From: an uncultured Syntrophomonadaceae bacterium
GTDB taxonomy: Bacteria > Bacillota > Dethiobacteria > DTU022
Direction of reading: 5' to 3'
Assembly (NCBI GenBank): GCA_964467475.1
Contig: CAYXQO010000003.1
Span: forward strand, 48,819 to 112,818
Length of the DNA stretch: 64,000 nt
Made by a program: the position numbers and the translations under genes. Positions within the stretch are counted from its first letter, which is position 1. Every line of letters begins with the position of its first letter. The notes beneath the pieces were generated by a model, which was not told the origin of the DNA, made no database searches, and saw nothing but the letters and a program-made list of their open reading frames with translations. This document shows, piece after piece, positions 27,816 through 38,498 of the stretch.

Positions 27816-28283
27816 TTGGCTATGTTTCCTAATTTCCGCATTTCCGGTTCAGCCCTCACCGCTGAAAAAACTCGATTAGACACTATTGCCGGCAATATAG
27901 CGAATATGAATACTACCCGCACCGAAGAAGGAGGTCCCTACAGAAGACGAACTGTAGCTTTTTCCGAGGACCTGGCCCGTGCAGAACAGCAGGGGAGAAG
28001 GAGAATTGTCCAACCCTTTATCCCCAGCGAACGTGTACCGGGTGAAGTTGAGGGACGAGGTGTCAGGCTTGATCAGGTGATCGCCGATGATGAAGAACCA
28101 ATGCTGGTTTATGATCCCGAACACCCTGATGTCCGGGAAGACGGTTATGTAGAATATCCCAATATCGAACTGGCTAAAGAAATGACCGATATGATCACTG
28201 CTCAACGCTCATATGAAGCAAATTCAACAGCGGTAAATACCGCAAAAAGTATTTATGCCAAGGCTCTTGAAATCGGTCGATAG
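27816..28283 (+). CDS. flgC: Flagellar basal-body rod protein FlgC
   Basis: SGSALTAEKTRLDTIAGNIANMNTTRT motif. Confidence 0.9.
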   Translation: MAMFPNFRISGSALTAEKTRLDTIAGNIANMNTTRTEEGGPYRRRTVAFSEDLARAEQQGRRRIVQPFIPSERVPGEVEGRGVRLDQVIADDEEPMLVYDPEHPDVREDGYVEYPNIELAKEMTDMITAQRSYEANSTAVNTAKSIYAKALEIGR

Positions 28284-28296
28284 GAGGAAATAATAG

Positions 28297-28608
28297 ATGA
28301 TCGAGAATACAGGTGGAATCAACAGGGTTGATTTTATCGATCGTAATATTGCCACCCCGTCTACAGAAGAGAAAGATGATAAAAAAGCTCTCAGCTTTGC
28401 TGATACCCTTTTTGGAGCGCTGGGAGAAGTTAACCAGCTACAGGTCCAAGCCGACCAGGCTACTGAAGACTTGCTTACCGGTGATCTGGATAATATTCAC
28501 CAGGTTATGATTAAAACGGAGGAGGCCCGGTTGAGCCTCCAGTTAACTGGCCAGGTAGTTAACAAAGTCCTGGATGCGTACCAGGAGATCTCACGGATGC
28601 AGATCTGA
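28297..28608 (+). CDS. fliE: Flagellar hook-basal body protein FliE
   Basis: Size, position and a conserved FliE C-terminus. Confidence 0.85.
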   Translation: MIENTGGINRVDFIDRNIATPSTEEKDDKKALSFADTLFGALGEVNQLQVQADQATEDLLTGDLDNIHQVMIKTEEARLSLQLTGQVVNKVLDAYQEISRMQI

Positions 28609-28640
28609 TCAACAGTATTCGCATTATATGAGGTGCTAAC

Positions 28641-30245
28641 ATGGCTGAAGAAAATGATATGCAATCAGCTGAGAACAACTACCGGGCAGAGGACGGCTAC
28701 ATGCCGGACCCGGCAGAGCAGGAAGAAAAAAGTTACCTGAAACGGTTTTGGAGTAACCTGCAGCCCCCTGCGCGTATAGGTGTAATTGTTGTAGGCGCGC
28801 TGGCTTTTGCCGCTATTTTGATTTTATCGATAACCAGCTCTTTATCTGATCAAAAAGAAGTTTTATATCACCGGCTTAATCCCGCCGATGCCAGGGAAAT
28901 AGCTGCAGCCCTCGATGAAGATAATATTCCGTATGAACTCGAAGATGATGGGACCACTATCCTGGTTCCCCCGGAACAACGCGATCGCCTGCGCATTAAC
29001 ATGTCTCCCGACTTGCATGCCCAGGGCATCGGGTTTGAACTGTTTGAAGAAGGGGCCATGGTGGCCAGTGACTTTGAACGGCAGGCCCAGTGGCAAATTG
29101 CTTTGGAAGAAGAATTGCGCCGCACCATTGCCAGCCTTGATGCAATTGATCAGGCCCGGGTTCACCTGGCTATCACAGATGACGGATTATTTATCAGGGA
29201 AAGAGAAGATCCCTCCGCTTCAGTGTTCTTACGCCTCAGTCCCCTGACTACGTTAAGCGATGATCAGGTCCGCGGTATTGTCAGTCTGGTCTCGGGAAGT
29301 GTTGAAGGACTGAACCCGGAAAATGTGAGCGTAGTAGATGAGGGTGGAGCAGTTTTACATGATGCTTTTGCGCCAATAGATGATGATGCGGTTACCACGA
29401 CAGTGGAAGAACAGCACCAGCTTAAACGCCAGTTTGAAACTGAGCTGGAAAGCAGGCTGCGTTCAATCCTTGAACAGGTTTATGGCCCCGGTAGGGCAGT
29501 GGCCATGGTATCGGCGGAGCTCGATTTTGATAGCAGGGAACAGACCATGGTTGCTTATGACAACGATGCCGTGCCCCGGTCCACTCATCGCATTGAAGAA
29601 CAAAGTGAGAGTATGGGGGCTCCGGTTGAAGAAGTTGGCGAAGCGAATATTCCGGGGCAGGCGGCTGCGGTTGCCGGCGAGGGTGAGTCAAGTTATGAAC
29701 TTCTTGAAGAGATAGCTAATTATGAAGTTGGCGAAACCAGGGAGTATGTGGAAACTGCACCGGGGCAGGTGGTTAATCTTAATACTGCTGTGATTGTTGA
29801 CAATGACGGCGGAGATCCTTTTATGGAAGAGCAGGTTGCCGAACTGGTAAATTCTGCTGTGGGATTGGATGAAGCCCGGGGCGATACCTTGAGTGTGCAG
29901 ATGATCCCCTTTGAGGCCCCCGATGTTCCGGAGCCGATCCCGGAAGAACCGCCGGTGGCTCTTCCTTTACCCTTGCCCTGGCTGATCGCGATTGCAGCTG
30001 CTCTATTGATTGCGATAATCGCCTTAATTCTATTCTTGCGGGCCCGGGCAAAACGGCGTCGTGAAGAGCAGCAAGCTGAGATGGATGCGCTTTCTTTGGA
30101 AGATCAGATGGAAGCCAGGGTGCGCGAAGAAACAGAAGAAGAGCCGGGTGAGGCAGAGAAGAAGGCAAAAATGATCCGTGATATGGCCAAGGAAGAACCA
30201 GAAAGTGTAGCTAACCTGCTAAAAACTTGGTTGACGGAGGAGTAA
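28641..30245 (+). CDS. fliF: Flagellar M-ring protein FliF
   Basis: Two TM segments flanking a periplasmic domain. Position after fliE. Confidence 0.9.
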   Translation: MAEENDMQSAENNYRAEDGYMPDPAEQEEKSYLKRFWSNLQPPARIGVIVVGALAFAAILILSITSSLSDQKEVLYHRLNPADAREIAAALDEDNIPYELEDDGTTILVPPEQRDRLRINMSPDLHAQGIGFELFEEGAMVASDFERQAQWQIALEEELRRTIASLDAIDQARVHLAITDDGLFIREREDPSASVFLRLSPLTTLSDDQVRGIVSLVSGSVEGLNPENVSVVDEGGAVLHDAFAPIDDDAVTTTVEEQHQLKRQFETELESRLRSILEQVYGPGRAVAMVSAELDFDSREQTMVAYDNDAVPRSTHRIEEQSESMGAPVEEVGEANIPGQAAAVAGEGESSYELLEEIANYEVGETREYVETAPGQVVNLNTAVIVDNDGGDPFMEEQVAELVNSAVGLDEARGDTLSVQMIPFEAPDVPEPIPEEPPVALPLPLPWLIAIAAALLIAIIALILFLRARAKRRREEQQAEMDALSLEDQMEARVREETEEEPGEAEKKAKMIRDMAKEEPESVANLLKTWLTEE

Positions 30246-30251
30246 ATTTTT

Positions 30252-31265
30252 ATGACTACAGCCACCAGGAAAATATCAGGGCTAAAAAAAATTGCGATTT
30301 TCTTGTTAGCGCTCGGCCCTAATCTTTCCGCGGGAATTTTGAAGCACTTTAGTGAAGCGGAAATTGAAAAAATCAGCATGGAAATCGCCAATACCACCAG
30401 GGTGGAAAGAGATAACCTGGATGAAATACTTGATGAATTTACTGCTATCCATGAAGCCCAGCAGTACATGGTCAATGGTGGTTATGATTATGCCAAAGAG
30501 GTCCTTGAAAGAACCCTGGGGCCGCAGAAAGCCGGCGATTTAATGAAGAAACTCAGGGAACAGAGTAAAGTAAAACCCTTTACCTTTGTTCGCGAGGCCG
30601 ACACAAAGCAGCTAGTCAATATGATCAGCCAGGAGCATCCGCAAACTATCGCATTTATTCTTTCTTACCTTGATGCTGATCAATCGGCAATGGTGATATC
30701 TGAATTGCCACAGGATATTCAAAGTGATATTGCCAGGCGAATTGCTGTAATGGAAAGAACTTCGCCCCAGATTATTAAGGGGGTTGAAAGTGTGATGAAG
30801 GAACGGCTCTCGACAATTTTTCAACAGGATTTTACTTCTGCCGGAGGTATCGGAGCGGTGGTCGAAATTTTGAATAATGTAGATCGAGGTACGGAAAAAT
30901 TAATTCTTGAAGAGTTGGAAAAAGAAGATGCTGAACTGGCAGAAGAAATCAGGCAGCAGATGTTCATCTTCGAAGATATAATCAGCCTTGACGATGCTTC
31001 TATCCAGAGAGTAATCCGTGATCTCGATCACAACGATATCGCGATGGCCCTGAAAGGAGCCAGCGAAGAAGTTAAAAACAGGGTTTTCAAAAATATTTCC
31101 AAACGGGCTGGAGAAATGCTCGAAGAAAATATGGAGTTTATGGGGCCGCTCAGGCTGCGTGAAGTCGAAGATGCTCAGCAGCGTATCGTGGCTGTAATCA
31201 GACGCCTGGATGAGAGCGGAGAAATAATCATATCACGGGGTGGCGACGATGCCATTATCGCCTAA
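30252..31265 (+). CDS. fliG: Flagellar motor switch protein FliG
   Basis: FliG family sequence, 337 aa. Confidence 0.9.
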   Translation: MTTATRKISGLKKIAIFLLALGPNLSAGILKHFSEAEIEKISMEIANTTRVERDNLDEILDEFTAIHEAQQYMVNGGYDYAKEVLERTLGPQKAGDLMKKLREQSKVKPFTFVREADTKQLVNMISQEHPQTIAFILSYLDADQSAMVISELPQDIQSDIARRIAVMERTSPQIIKGVESVMKERLSTIFQQDFTSAGGIGAVVEILNNVDRGTEKLILEELEKEDAELAEEIRQQMFIFEDIISLDDASIQRVIRDLDHNDIAMALKGASEEVKNRVFKNISKRAGEMLEENMEFMGPLRLREVEDAQQRIVAVIRRLDESGEIIISRGGDDAIIA

Positions 31266-32145
31266 AAAAATTTATAAGCAACCGCAAATAGAAGGTGCTT
31301 CTTTGTATGATCCCGGGGATCCGGAAAAGGAAGCGCTCCCGGAAAACAATTATGATGCACCGATTCCGGGGAATAGCACCTACAATAATGGGCATGATCA
31401 AGAAAAAGTGGTGCTATGGCCGCAACCTGTCGAGGAAAATTATACCGAAAATAATACATTTGAACAGGGTACCACAGAAGAAAAAAATGGGGAAGAAGTA
31501 GAAGATTATCACAGCACCGGACAGGCTGACCAAAAACAAGAAAAGAAGAAGACCCCCGAAGAGATCGCAGAAGAGATATTGGAAGAAAAAATGGAACAGT
31601 GTATCCAGGAAGGCTACGAAAAGGGCAAAACTAAGGCAGAAAAGGAATGTCGCGAGATGCGACAGGAAGCTGAAGCTAAGTTCAAGGAAGCAGAGGAATG
31701 TCTTCAGGAATCTCGCAGGCGTGCACAAGAAATTGTGGCGGCCTCGGAAAACAAAATCGTCGAACTTTCTGTGGCAGTAGCAGAAAGATTGCTTCACAAA
31801 CAACTTGATATCAACCAGGAAACTATAACCGGGATTGTCCGCGAAACCCTGAACATTCTAAATGGCGGCGAGCAGGTTGAAGTTTTTGTCAATCCTGCAG
31901 AAATCGATATTTGCCTTGAATACAGAGAGAAGTTGAAAGAGGAATTTACCGAGATAATCAAGCTTGATTTAATTGCAGATGAAAATGTGTCGCGGGGTAG
32001 TTGCCGGGTTGAATCAGAAAGTGGCGTGGCCGAGTATCTACTGGGGGAAGAGAAAAAACAACTCGAACAAATGCTTTTAAAGGTGGCCCGTGAAGGGGTA
32101 ACCGAACAAACGGGAGAGGCGGAATCTGTTTATGGCAGGTACTGA
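31240..32145 (+). CDS. fliH: Flagellar assembly protein FliH
   Basis: Position and a FliH-like C-terminus. An alternative start lies at ATG 31249. Confidence 0.8.
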   Translation: MATMPLSPKKIYKQPQIEGASLYDPGDPEKEALPENNYDAPIPGNSTYNNGHDQEKVVLWPQPVEENYTENNTFEQGTTEEKNGEEVEDYHSTGQADQKQEKKKTPEEIAEEILEEKMEQCIQEGYEKGKTKAEKECREMRQEAEAKFKEAEECLQESRRRAQEIVAASENKIVELSVAVAERLLHKQLDINQETITGIVRETLNILNGGEQVEVFVNPAEIDICLEYREKLKEEFTEIIKLDLIADENVSRGSCRVESESGVAEYLLGEEKKQLEQMLLKVAREGVTEQTGEAESVYGRY

Positions 32146-33457
32146 AGCAAGCAATGGTAAATATTTTTCCACTCTGACCGCCATGCCCGGAGGACGGGTT
32201 AAGGGTAAGGTCCGCCAGGTAATCGGACTGGTGATCGAGGTAAGCGGTATCCGTCCTTTTATCGGGGAGATATGCAACATACATTCCTACACGGGAGAAA
32301 CTTTTGTTGCCGAAGTGGTTGGATTTCGGGAAAAATGTGCCCTGCTGATGCCGCTTGGTAACCTGCACGGTATTTCACCAGGTTGTGTGGTTGAACCGAC
32401 AGGTAAGAGTTTTGCCGTTCAGGTAAACGAAAAATTAAAAGGTAAGGTATTAGACGGACTCGGTTATCTCTTGGATAGTGGCCACCCCCCGTTAAAGCCT
32501 GATGAAGGAGCTGAATATCCGGTTCACAACAATCCACCCAACCCGATGGAAAGGCGGCCCATTGAAGCTATCTTGCCGACGGGGGTAAAGGCTATTGACG
32601 GTCTTTTAACCTGCGGCGAAGGTCAGAGAGTAGGCATATTTTCCGGAAGCGGGGTTGGGAAAAGTACATTACTGGGAATGATCGCCCGCCACAGCGAGTC
32701 GGACGTTAATGTGATTGCCCTGATCGGGGAAAGAGGCCGCGAGGTGGGTGATTTTATCCGCCAGGACCTGGGTGAAGAAGGCTTGAGACGTTCTATAGTC
32801 GTGGTTTCAACTTCTGACCGTCCTGCTTTGGAACGGGTTATGGGGGGATTAGTGGCGGCAACTATTGCCGAGTATTTCCGGGACCGTGGCAAAAAAGTAA
32901 TTTTTATGATGGATTCCGTAACCAGGTTTTGTATGGCTCAAAGAGAAATCGGTCTTGCCGTAGGCGAACCGCCTTCTACCAAGGGTTATACTCCCTCGGT
33001 TTTTGCCCTGATTCCACGTTTTCTTGAAAGATCGGGGACTTCGAGTAAAGGTAGTATCACCGGTTTTTATACAGTGCTGGTTGACGGTGATGATTTTACA
33101 GAACCGATTACCGATGCTGTCCGCAGTGTTCTTGACGGGCACATCGTATTAAGCCGCAAACTGGCTTCGCAAAATCATTTCCCGGCCACCGATGTGTTAA
33201 ACAGTAACAGTCGTTTAATGCTGAATTTAATTGAAGAAAAGCACAATGAAGTAGCCGCTGAGTCTCGCAAGCTTCTATCAAAATATGAATCGATGGAAGA
33301 CTTGATTAATATCGGCGCGTATGTCCCGGGTTCACAGCCGGAAGTAGACCGGGCCATCCAAAAACGTCCCGAAATCATGAAATTTCTGCGCCAGGAACCC
33401 GGCGAACGTTTTGAACTAAAAGAAACAATCAATCAACTGGAAAAGGTAGTTCGTTAA
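32132..33457 (+). CDS. fliI: Flagellum-specific ATPase FliI
   Basis: Walker A GSGVGKST and F1-ATPase beta-like fold. Confidence 0.95.
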   Translation: MAGTEASNGKYFSTLTAMPGGRVKGKVRQVIGLVIEVSGIRPFIGEICNIHSYTGETFVAEVVGFREKCALLMPLGNLHGISPGCVVEPTGKSFAVQVNEKLKGKVLDGLGYLLDSGHPPLKPDEGAEYPVHNNPPNPMERRPIEAILPTGVKAIDGLLTCGEGQRVGIFSGSGVGKSTLLGMIARHSESDVNVIALIGERGREVGDFIRQDLGEEGLRRSIVVVSTSDRPALERVMGGLVAATIAEYFRDRGKKVIFMMDSVTRFCMAQREIGLAVGEPPSTKGYTPSVFALIPRFLERSGTSSKGSITGFYTVLVDGDDFTEPITDAVRSVLDGHIVLSRKLASQNHFPATDVLNSNSRLMLNLIEEKHNEVAAESRKLLSKYESMEDLINIGAYVPGSQPEVDRAIQKRPEIMKFLRQEPGERFELKETINQLEKVVR

Positions 33458-33498
33458 ACTGTTCCTAGTCGTAGACGGCAGTTGAAAGGAGCCAGGCT

Positions 33499-33948
33499 AT
33501 GAGATCCTTTAACTTCAGGTTGCAGCGCTTACTTGGATTTCGCAATATCCAGGAAGAAGAGGCTAAGAAGGAACTCAACCTGCGCTGGAAAGCTCTTGAG
33601 GAAGAAAATGCCAGGCTCAGCGGGCTAAAGTACGAAGAAGAATCTTTGCTCGAAAAATGGCAAAATCAGGTGGAACAAAATATCGAGTTACCTCGTTTAC
33701 AAGTAACCCAGGAATACAGCCGCCGTTTGGATAACTTGCTAATGAACCAGGCTGAACAATACAACAAGACAAAGTCATGGGTAGAAGAGCAACGGGAAGT
33801 GGCTATGCAGTGTTGGCGGAAGAAAAAAGTTCTCGAAATATTGAAAGACAAGGCTAAAGATGAGCATATTTACCAGGAAAAAATTAACGAGCAAAAGCTT
33901 ATCGATGAAATAGTTCTGAACAACTATAACCGGAAAGGAGGTGATTAA
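33499..33948 (+). CDS. fliJ: Flagellar export protein FliJ
   Basis: Coiled coil of 149 aa positioned after fliI. Confidence 0.8.
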   Translation: MRSFNFRLQRLLGFRNIQEEEAKKELNLRWKALEEENARLSGLKYEEESLLEKWQNQVEQNIELPRLQVTQEYSRRLDNLLMNQAEQYNKTKSWVEEQREVAMQCWRKKKVLEILKDKAKDEHIYQEKINEQKLIDEIVLNNYNRKGGD

Positions 33949-33949
33949 A

Positions 33950-35479
33950 TTGAAGGTAGACATGGCATTCCTGGAGCAGCTTGACCTTGATTTCAATGGA
34001 AAAGTTGCTGCGGGAAAAGGTTCACCTTCCGGAGAATTTGCCGCAATATTACAAGGGCTTACTTCCGGTGAAGTTTCTGTTGACCAGGGTTCTTCGGAAA
34101 TTGAAGCAGCTCTGGAAAAACTGGAAAACTTCCTGGACATGGATCAGCTTATTACGGACGCAGGCCAGCCGGCCGGAGGTTTCCTGGAAGGTGAAGAAGC
34201 GGAGCAGCTCCTGCAAAAAATAGCAGAAAAGATTTTATCTGTTCTAATGCAGGGCTCTCCATTAGCCGGTTCAGAAACTGCTACAATCACTGATTCCAGC
34301 TTTGAAGGTTCTATTGCAAAACTGGCCGATGAACTCCTGACGGAAAGGGGAGAACAGTTAACCGCTGATTTAAGAGAGACTCTCAAGCAAGTCTCTGCCG
34401 AAGAACAGGCTGGTTTAGAGTTTGAGGAAAGTAGCAGTAAAGCAAGCATGTTCTTGCAGCAGTTGGCGGAAAAAGTTCTCGCTGCGCTTTCCGGTGGTAG
34501 TACCGGAAAAGAGGGTGAAGCTGCCCCTAAAAGTGGAAGCAAGGTTGATTGGTCTTTATTGGCCGGTGATCCCGGCGGCGAAGCATTACTTTATAAAGTA
34601 GCCGGAAAGCTTAAGTCCGGGGGCGAAGGGGAATTGCCCCCAGATTTAAAGGCTGCTTTAAAAGAGGCAGAGTTTCTCGGAGAAAAAGCAAAAGCTGTTT
34701 TAACGGATACCGAGCTTTCTGGGGGAGATGGTAAAAAAGCGTTCATTGAAGAAGCCCTTGAAAAAGCGGGGTTGAAAATGGAGAGCGATGAAAAACCGCT
34801 ACAAAGTAAAGAAGGCGGTGAAAAACTGAAAGCTGATGCGGATCTTCAAAAGGCCCTGGAAGCAGCCCGCAACCAGTCAAAAGCTGAGTATGCCGGCAAA
34901 GCAGGCGAGCAAAAAGCGAAAGCTGCCTATGCCCAGAAGACCTCACCAGCAGTTGGGCAGGATAGCATTTTGCAGCAGTCTGCACTAATGGCTAACAGCA
35001 ATATCCAGGCTGGAAAAGAGTTGCCCCCTCAACTCGAAACTTTGCGGGAAAATATCATGCAGCAGCTTGAAGGACGGTTAACCTACTTCCGGGAAACCGG
35101 TTCAACACCGGCGGAAATGCGGATGACCCTGCACCCCCCTGAACTGGGTGAAGTTACCATCAGGGTGTTTTCGAGACAAGGGCAGCTTTCTGCATCAATT
35201 ATTACGGAATCTGCTGTTGTCAAGGAGATCCTGGAAAGCAGTATTACTGAGCTGCGGCAGCGCTTAAACTTCAGCAATATCCAGTTTGAGCAGATCGATG
35301 TATCTACCCAAAGCCAGCAGTTCAATGGATCAAGTCGGTTTGGCGCAGGGGAACACAACCACGAAAACTTACCCGGTGGCGATCATGAAGGGAAAAGTCC
35401 GCTTGCGGGTGAGCAGGAAGTGGCAGAGTCCATGGTTACAGCCGATGCTGCGAAAAGCGGCATCGATTACTGGGCTTAA
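33950..35479 (+). CDS. fliK: Flagellar hook-length control protein FliK
   Basis: C-terminal Flg_hook domain (RMTLHPPELGEVTIRV). An acidic, low-complexity N-terminal part. TTG 33950 follows a GGAGG RBS. Confidence 0.75.
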   Translation: MKVDMAFLEQLDLDFNGKVAAGKGSPSGEFAAILQGLTSGEVSVDQGSSEIEAALEKLENFLDMDQLITDAGQPAGGFLEGEEAEQLLQKIAEKILSVLMQGSPLAGSETATITDSSFEGSIAKLADELLTERGEQLTADLRETLKQVSAEEQAGLEFEESSSKASMFLQQLAEKVLAALSGGSTGKEGEAAPKSGSKVDWSLLAGDPGGEALLYKVAGKLKSGGEGELPPDLKAALKEAEFLGEKAKAVLTDTELSGGDGKKAFIEEALEKAGLKMESDEKPLQSKEGGEKLKADADLQKALEAARNQSKAEYAGKAGEQKAKAAYAQKTSPAVGQDSILQQSALMANSNIQAGKELPPQLETLRENIMQQLEGRLTYFRETGSTPAEMRMTLHPPELGEVTIRVFSRQGQLSASIITESAVVKEILESSITELRQRLNFSNIQFEQIDVSTQSQQFNGSSRFGAGEHNHENLPGGDHEGKSPLAGEQEVAESMVTADAAKSGIDYWA

Positions 35480-35494
35480 AGGAGGCATGGCAAG

Positions 35495-35983
35495 ATGAAT
35501 GAAATAACAGGTGTTAACCAGGCAGTACCGGCACAAAACCAGGCTGCCGAAAAGGCGCCGGAAACAGCTCCTGCACCGGCTCCCCGGGAGGAACCTCCGG
35601 CGGGGCAAATGCCCGGGCAGGAGTTTGACAGCGACTTATTTCTGCAACTCCTGGTTACCCAGTTGCGGTACCAGGATCCCATGTCTGAACAGCAGGATAC
35701 CGGTGATATGATCACCCAGCTGACTATGTTTACCCTGGTTGAACAGGTGACCAACCTGCAGGAAGCCGTGGAAGAACAGGCTGAATCACAGGGTAATCAC
35801 CAGGCCCTTAACTTGTTGAACCAGCAGGTTGAAATTTCGGGCAAAGGTGAAGGGGAGAATATCCATGGAATGGTTAGCGCAGTTGAATTCCGCAGTTCCG
35901 GTCCCTACGTTACTGTAGGCGATCATCAGTATCCGCTCAGCGATGTCGTAAAAGTTGAAGGGGGCGGAAGCGAAGATGGTTGA
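35495..35983 (+). CDS. flgD: Flagellar hook capping protein FlgD
   Basis: FLQLLVTQLRYQDPM motif. Confidence 0.9.
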   Translation: MNEITGVNQAVPAQNQAAEKAPETAPAPAPREEPPAGQMPGQEFDSDLFLQLLVTQLRYQDPMSEQQDTGDMITQLTMFTLVEQVTNLQEAVEEQAESQGNHQALNLLNQQVEISGKGEGENIHGMVSAVEFRSSGPYVTVGDHQYPLSDVVKVEGGGSEDG

Positions 35984-36374
35984 TAAAACCGGACCGCATA
36001 TCAGGCCCACCGATCCGGCTGCCAAACCGCAGCCTGGAAAAACGGGCAAGGAAACTACTAAAAAAGATGGTGAAAACCTTTCTTTCCATCAAATCCTGGA
36101 TCATCTCCAGGAAAAACAGGAAGTTGTTTTTTCTGCCCATGCCAAAGAGCGGATTGAAAGCCGCCAGATTGATCTGGGGGCAGAGGATATGCAGCGAATA
36201 GAAGAGGCCATGGATAAAGTGCAGGAAAAAGGCGGACGCTCCTCCCTGCTCATGTTCGGCGATGTAGCCCTGTTGGCCAGTGTTACCAACCGGACCATCA
36301 TCACCGCCGTTGACGGAAAAGAGGAGCAGGAGCAAGTGTTTACCGGAATTGATAGCGCGGTTATTGTAAAGTAA
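35976..36374 (+). CDS. Flagellar operon protein (TIGR02530-like small protein between flgD and flgE)
   Basis: FHQILD...VFSAHAKERIESR...LLMFGDVALLASVTNRTIITAV is conserved in Firmicutes fla operons. Confidence 0.6.
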   Translation: MVDKTGPHIRPTDPAAKPQPGKTGKETTKKDGENLSFHQILDHLQEKQEVVFSAHAKERIESRQIDLGAEDMQRIEEAMDKVQEKGGRSSLLMFGDVALLASVTNRTIITAVDGKEEQEQVFTGIDSAVIVK

Positions 36375-36481
36375 AGGCCGGACCTCCTGAATTAGAGGAA
36401 GCCTTGTCCTGCTGACCGACCGAGGCAGGACGCCGCGCCGCTTAAAATAAGGCTTAAAAGGCCAAAAGGAGGTTATTTTTA

Positions 36482-38425
36482 ATGATTCGTTCAATGAGTG
36501 CAGCTGTTACCGGCTTAAGAGGCCACCAGCAAAAACTCGATGTAGTTGGCAACAACATCGCCAACGTTAATACAACCGGTTTTAAAAAATCACAGGCCCG
36601 TTTTGAGGACCTGATCAGCCAGACCATCCAGGGAGCGACCGGCCCGATGGAAGAACGGGGCGGCATTAACCCTTCCCAGATAGGTTTAGGGATGGCCGTT
36701 TCCTCCATTACCGATATTCACACCCAGGGATCAATTACCGATACGGACCGCGAGACCGACCTGGCCATTGAAGGCGAAGGCTATTTTGTCGTTACCGACG
36801 GGGAAATGGAGTATTTCACCCGGGACGGTTCATTCGGCGTTGACCAGAACGGCCATATTGTTAACGATAACGGTCTCAGGCTGCTCGATGTCGACGGCAA
36901 TGAAATCAACATTCCAGTAGATGACGACATGGTCGCCCAGGCTACGGAAAACAAGCGCTTTGCCGGCAACCTTGATGCCCGGGCCTTTACCGAAGCCACC
37001 CCGGGACAGGCAATCGGTGCGGCAGAGCTGGCCGAGGTTGGCAATGGCTATCTCCTGGGAGCTGAGGATGATGTCATAAGTTCCTTGGAAGGCCATGATG
37101 ATGATTTAGAAGTTGAGTTTACTATTGATGGTGATGAACAAACAATGACTATAGAGGAGGACGATTTGGGGGAGATTCAGACCCAGGATCAGCTCCTTGC
37201 CGCGCTTAATTATGGTCAGTTTACCGATGACGAAGGTGAGCTTATAGAAATTGATGGCTGGGATGGTCTGGAGGAATTAGGTGCTCGTGCCTCCTTCGAC
37301 GACGAAGATCACCTGTTGATTACTTCTTTATCTGAAGGAGAAGGCTCCGTGGTTGAAGTTGATGGCGACGAAGATGATGTCGAAGCTTTGTTTGGCACCG
37401 GAGATGATCGTGTTGTTCGCTCAGGAGATGATGTCGAAAAACTGGTGGACCTTGAAGATGACCTCGAATTCGATGTTGTTGTCGATGGCGGCGATGCCCA
37501 GACGATTACTGTAGATATGGATGGTATCACCACCCGCGAGGCACTCCTGGAAGCGCTTAATGAAGAGCTTGACGGTGCCACCGCTGAATTTGACGACGGC
37601 GACAACCTGGTGATCAGCTCCGACACGCGGGGGCCGGAATCGTCGGTGGAGTTAGATGCTGACGATGATAATGTGGCATTCCAGACCCTTTTTGGAGAAG
37701 AAGGAGAGTGGAACGAAACCACCGGTGAAGTCGATGAGCACACTTTCCCCTACTATGTGCACGACTCCCTCGGCCGCCGCTACGACATCGATTATAACTT
37801 CAGGCCGGTTGACGACAATGTATGGGAATACCAGATGGAGGTAACCGATGAAGCCGGCAACCTGATTGAAGTTGATGAAGGCGCTGAAGGGACCCTGGTA
37901 TTTGATGAAAACGGAGGGTTAAACGAAGACGCTTCCGATATGCCGAACCTGGTCTTCGACCCACCGGGCGAAGCAGCGGTGGTGAATGTTGAACCTGACT
38001 TTAGCTCAGTTACCCAGCTGGCAGGGTCGAACAACCTCCTGGTTCGCGACCAGGACGGCTATGAAGCCGGCGAACTGGCCGCCTTTGACATTGACCGGGC
38101 CGGGGTGGTAGCGGGCACTTACACCAACGGGATGCGGCAGGAGTTCGGTCAAATTGGGATGGCCACTTTTTCCAACCCGGAAGGTTTACGCAAGGAAGGT
38201 GGCAACCTTTTCCTGGATACGGATAACTCCGGTGACCCGCAGATTGGCGCACCCGGGGAAGGTGGCCGCGGGTTGGTCCAGTCATCAGCGCTCGAGCTGT
38301 CCAATACAGACCTTTCTTACGAATTTACTGAGCTAATCACGACCAGCCGGGCTTTTCAAGCCAACACCAGGGTGGTAACCACCTCGGATGAAGTACTTAC
38401 TGAAGTAGTGAACATGAAGCGTTAA
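36482..38425 (+). CDS. flgE: Flagellar hook protein FlgE, with a large acidic repetitive insertion
   Basis: N-terminal MIRSMSAAVTGLRGHQQKLDVVGNNIANVNTTGFK and a conserved C-terminus. Length is 647 aa. Confidence 0.9.
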   Translation: MIRSMSAAVTGLRGHQQKLDVVGNNIANVNTTGFKKSQARFEDLISQTIQGATGPMEERGGINPSQIGLGMAVSSITDIHTQGSITDTDRETDLAIEGEGYFVVTDGEMEYFTRDGSFGVDQNGHIVNDNGLRLLDVDGNEINIPVDDDMVAQATENKRFAGNLDARAFTEATPGQAIGAAELAEVGNGYLLGAEDDVISSLEGHDDDLEVEFTIDGDEQTMTIEEDDLGEIQTQDQLLAALNYGQFTDDEGELIEIDGWDGLEELGARASFDDEDHLLITSLSEGEGSVVEVDGDEDDVEALFGTGDDRVVRSGDDVEKLVDLEDDLEFDVVVDGGDAQTITVDMDGITTREALLEALNEELDGATAEFDDGDNLVISSDTRGPESSVELDADDDNVAFQTLFGEEGEWNETTGEVDEHTFPYYVHDSLGRRYDIDYNFRPVDDNVWEYQMEVTDEAGNLIEVDEGAEGTLVFDENGGLNEDASDMPNLVFDPPGEAAVVNVEPDFSSVTQLAGSNNLLVRDQDGYEAGELAAFDIDRAGVVAGTYTNGMRQEFGQIGMATFSNPEGLRKEGGNLFLDTDNSGDPQIGAPGEGGRGLVQSSALELSNTDLSYEFTELITTSRAFQANTRVVTTSDEVLTEVVNMKR

Positions 38426-38498
38426 GATCTATCCGGAACCGGCCGGGAGGTTTCCCTTCCTTCCGGCCGGTCGGTCTAAAAAATGCGGAGAGATATGC

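Noticed and set aside
28863-30475. Multiple 85-125 aa antisense or alternate-frame ORFs within fliF and fliG (and similar ones throughout the fla operon)
   Set aside because: They lie embedded in well-supported flagellar genes and have no RBS. They are typical GC-skew shadow ORFs.
37309-38285. Ser/Thr-rich antisense ORFs inside flgE
   Set aside because: These are the reverse complement of the acidic GAN/GAY-rich insertion. Sense-strand FlgE homology is unambiguous.
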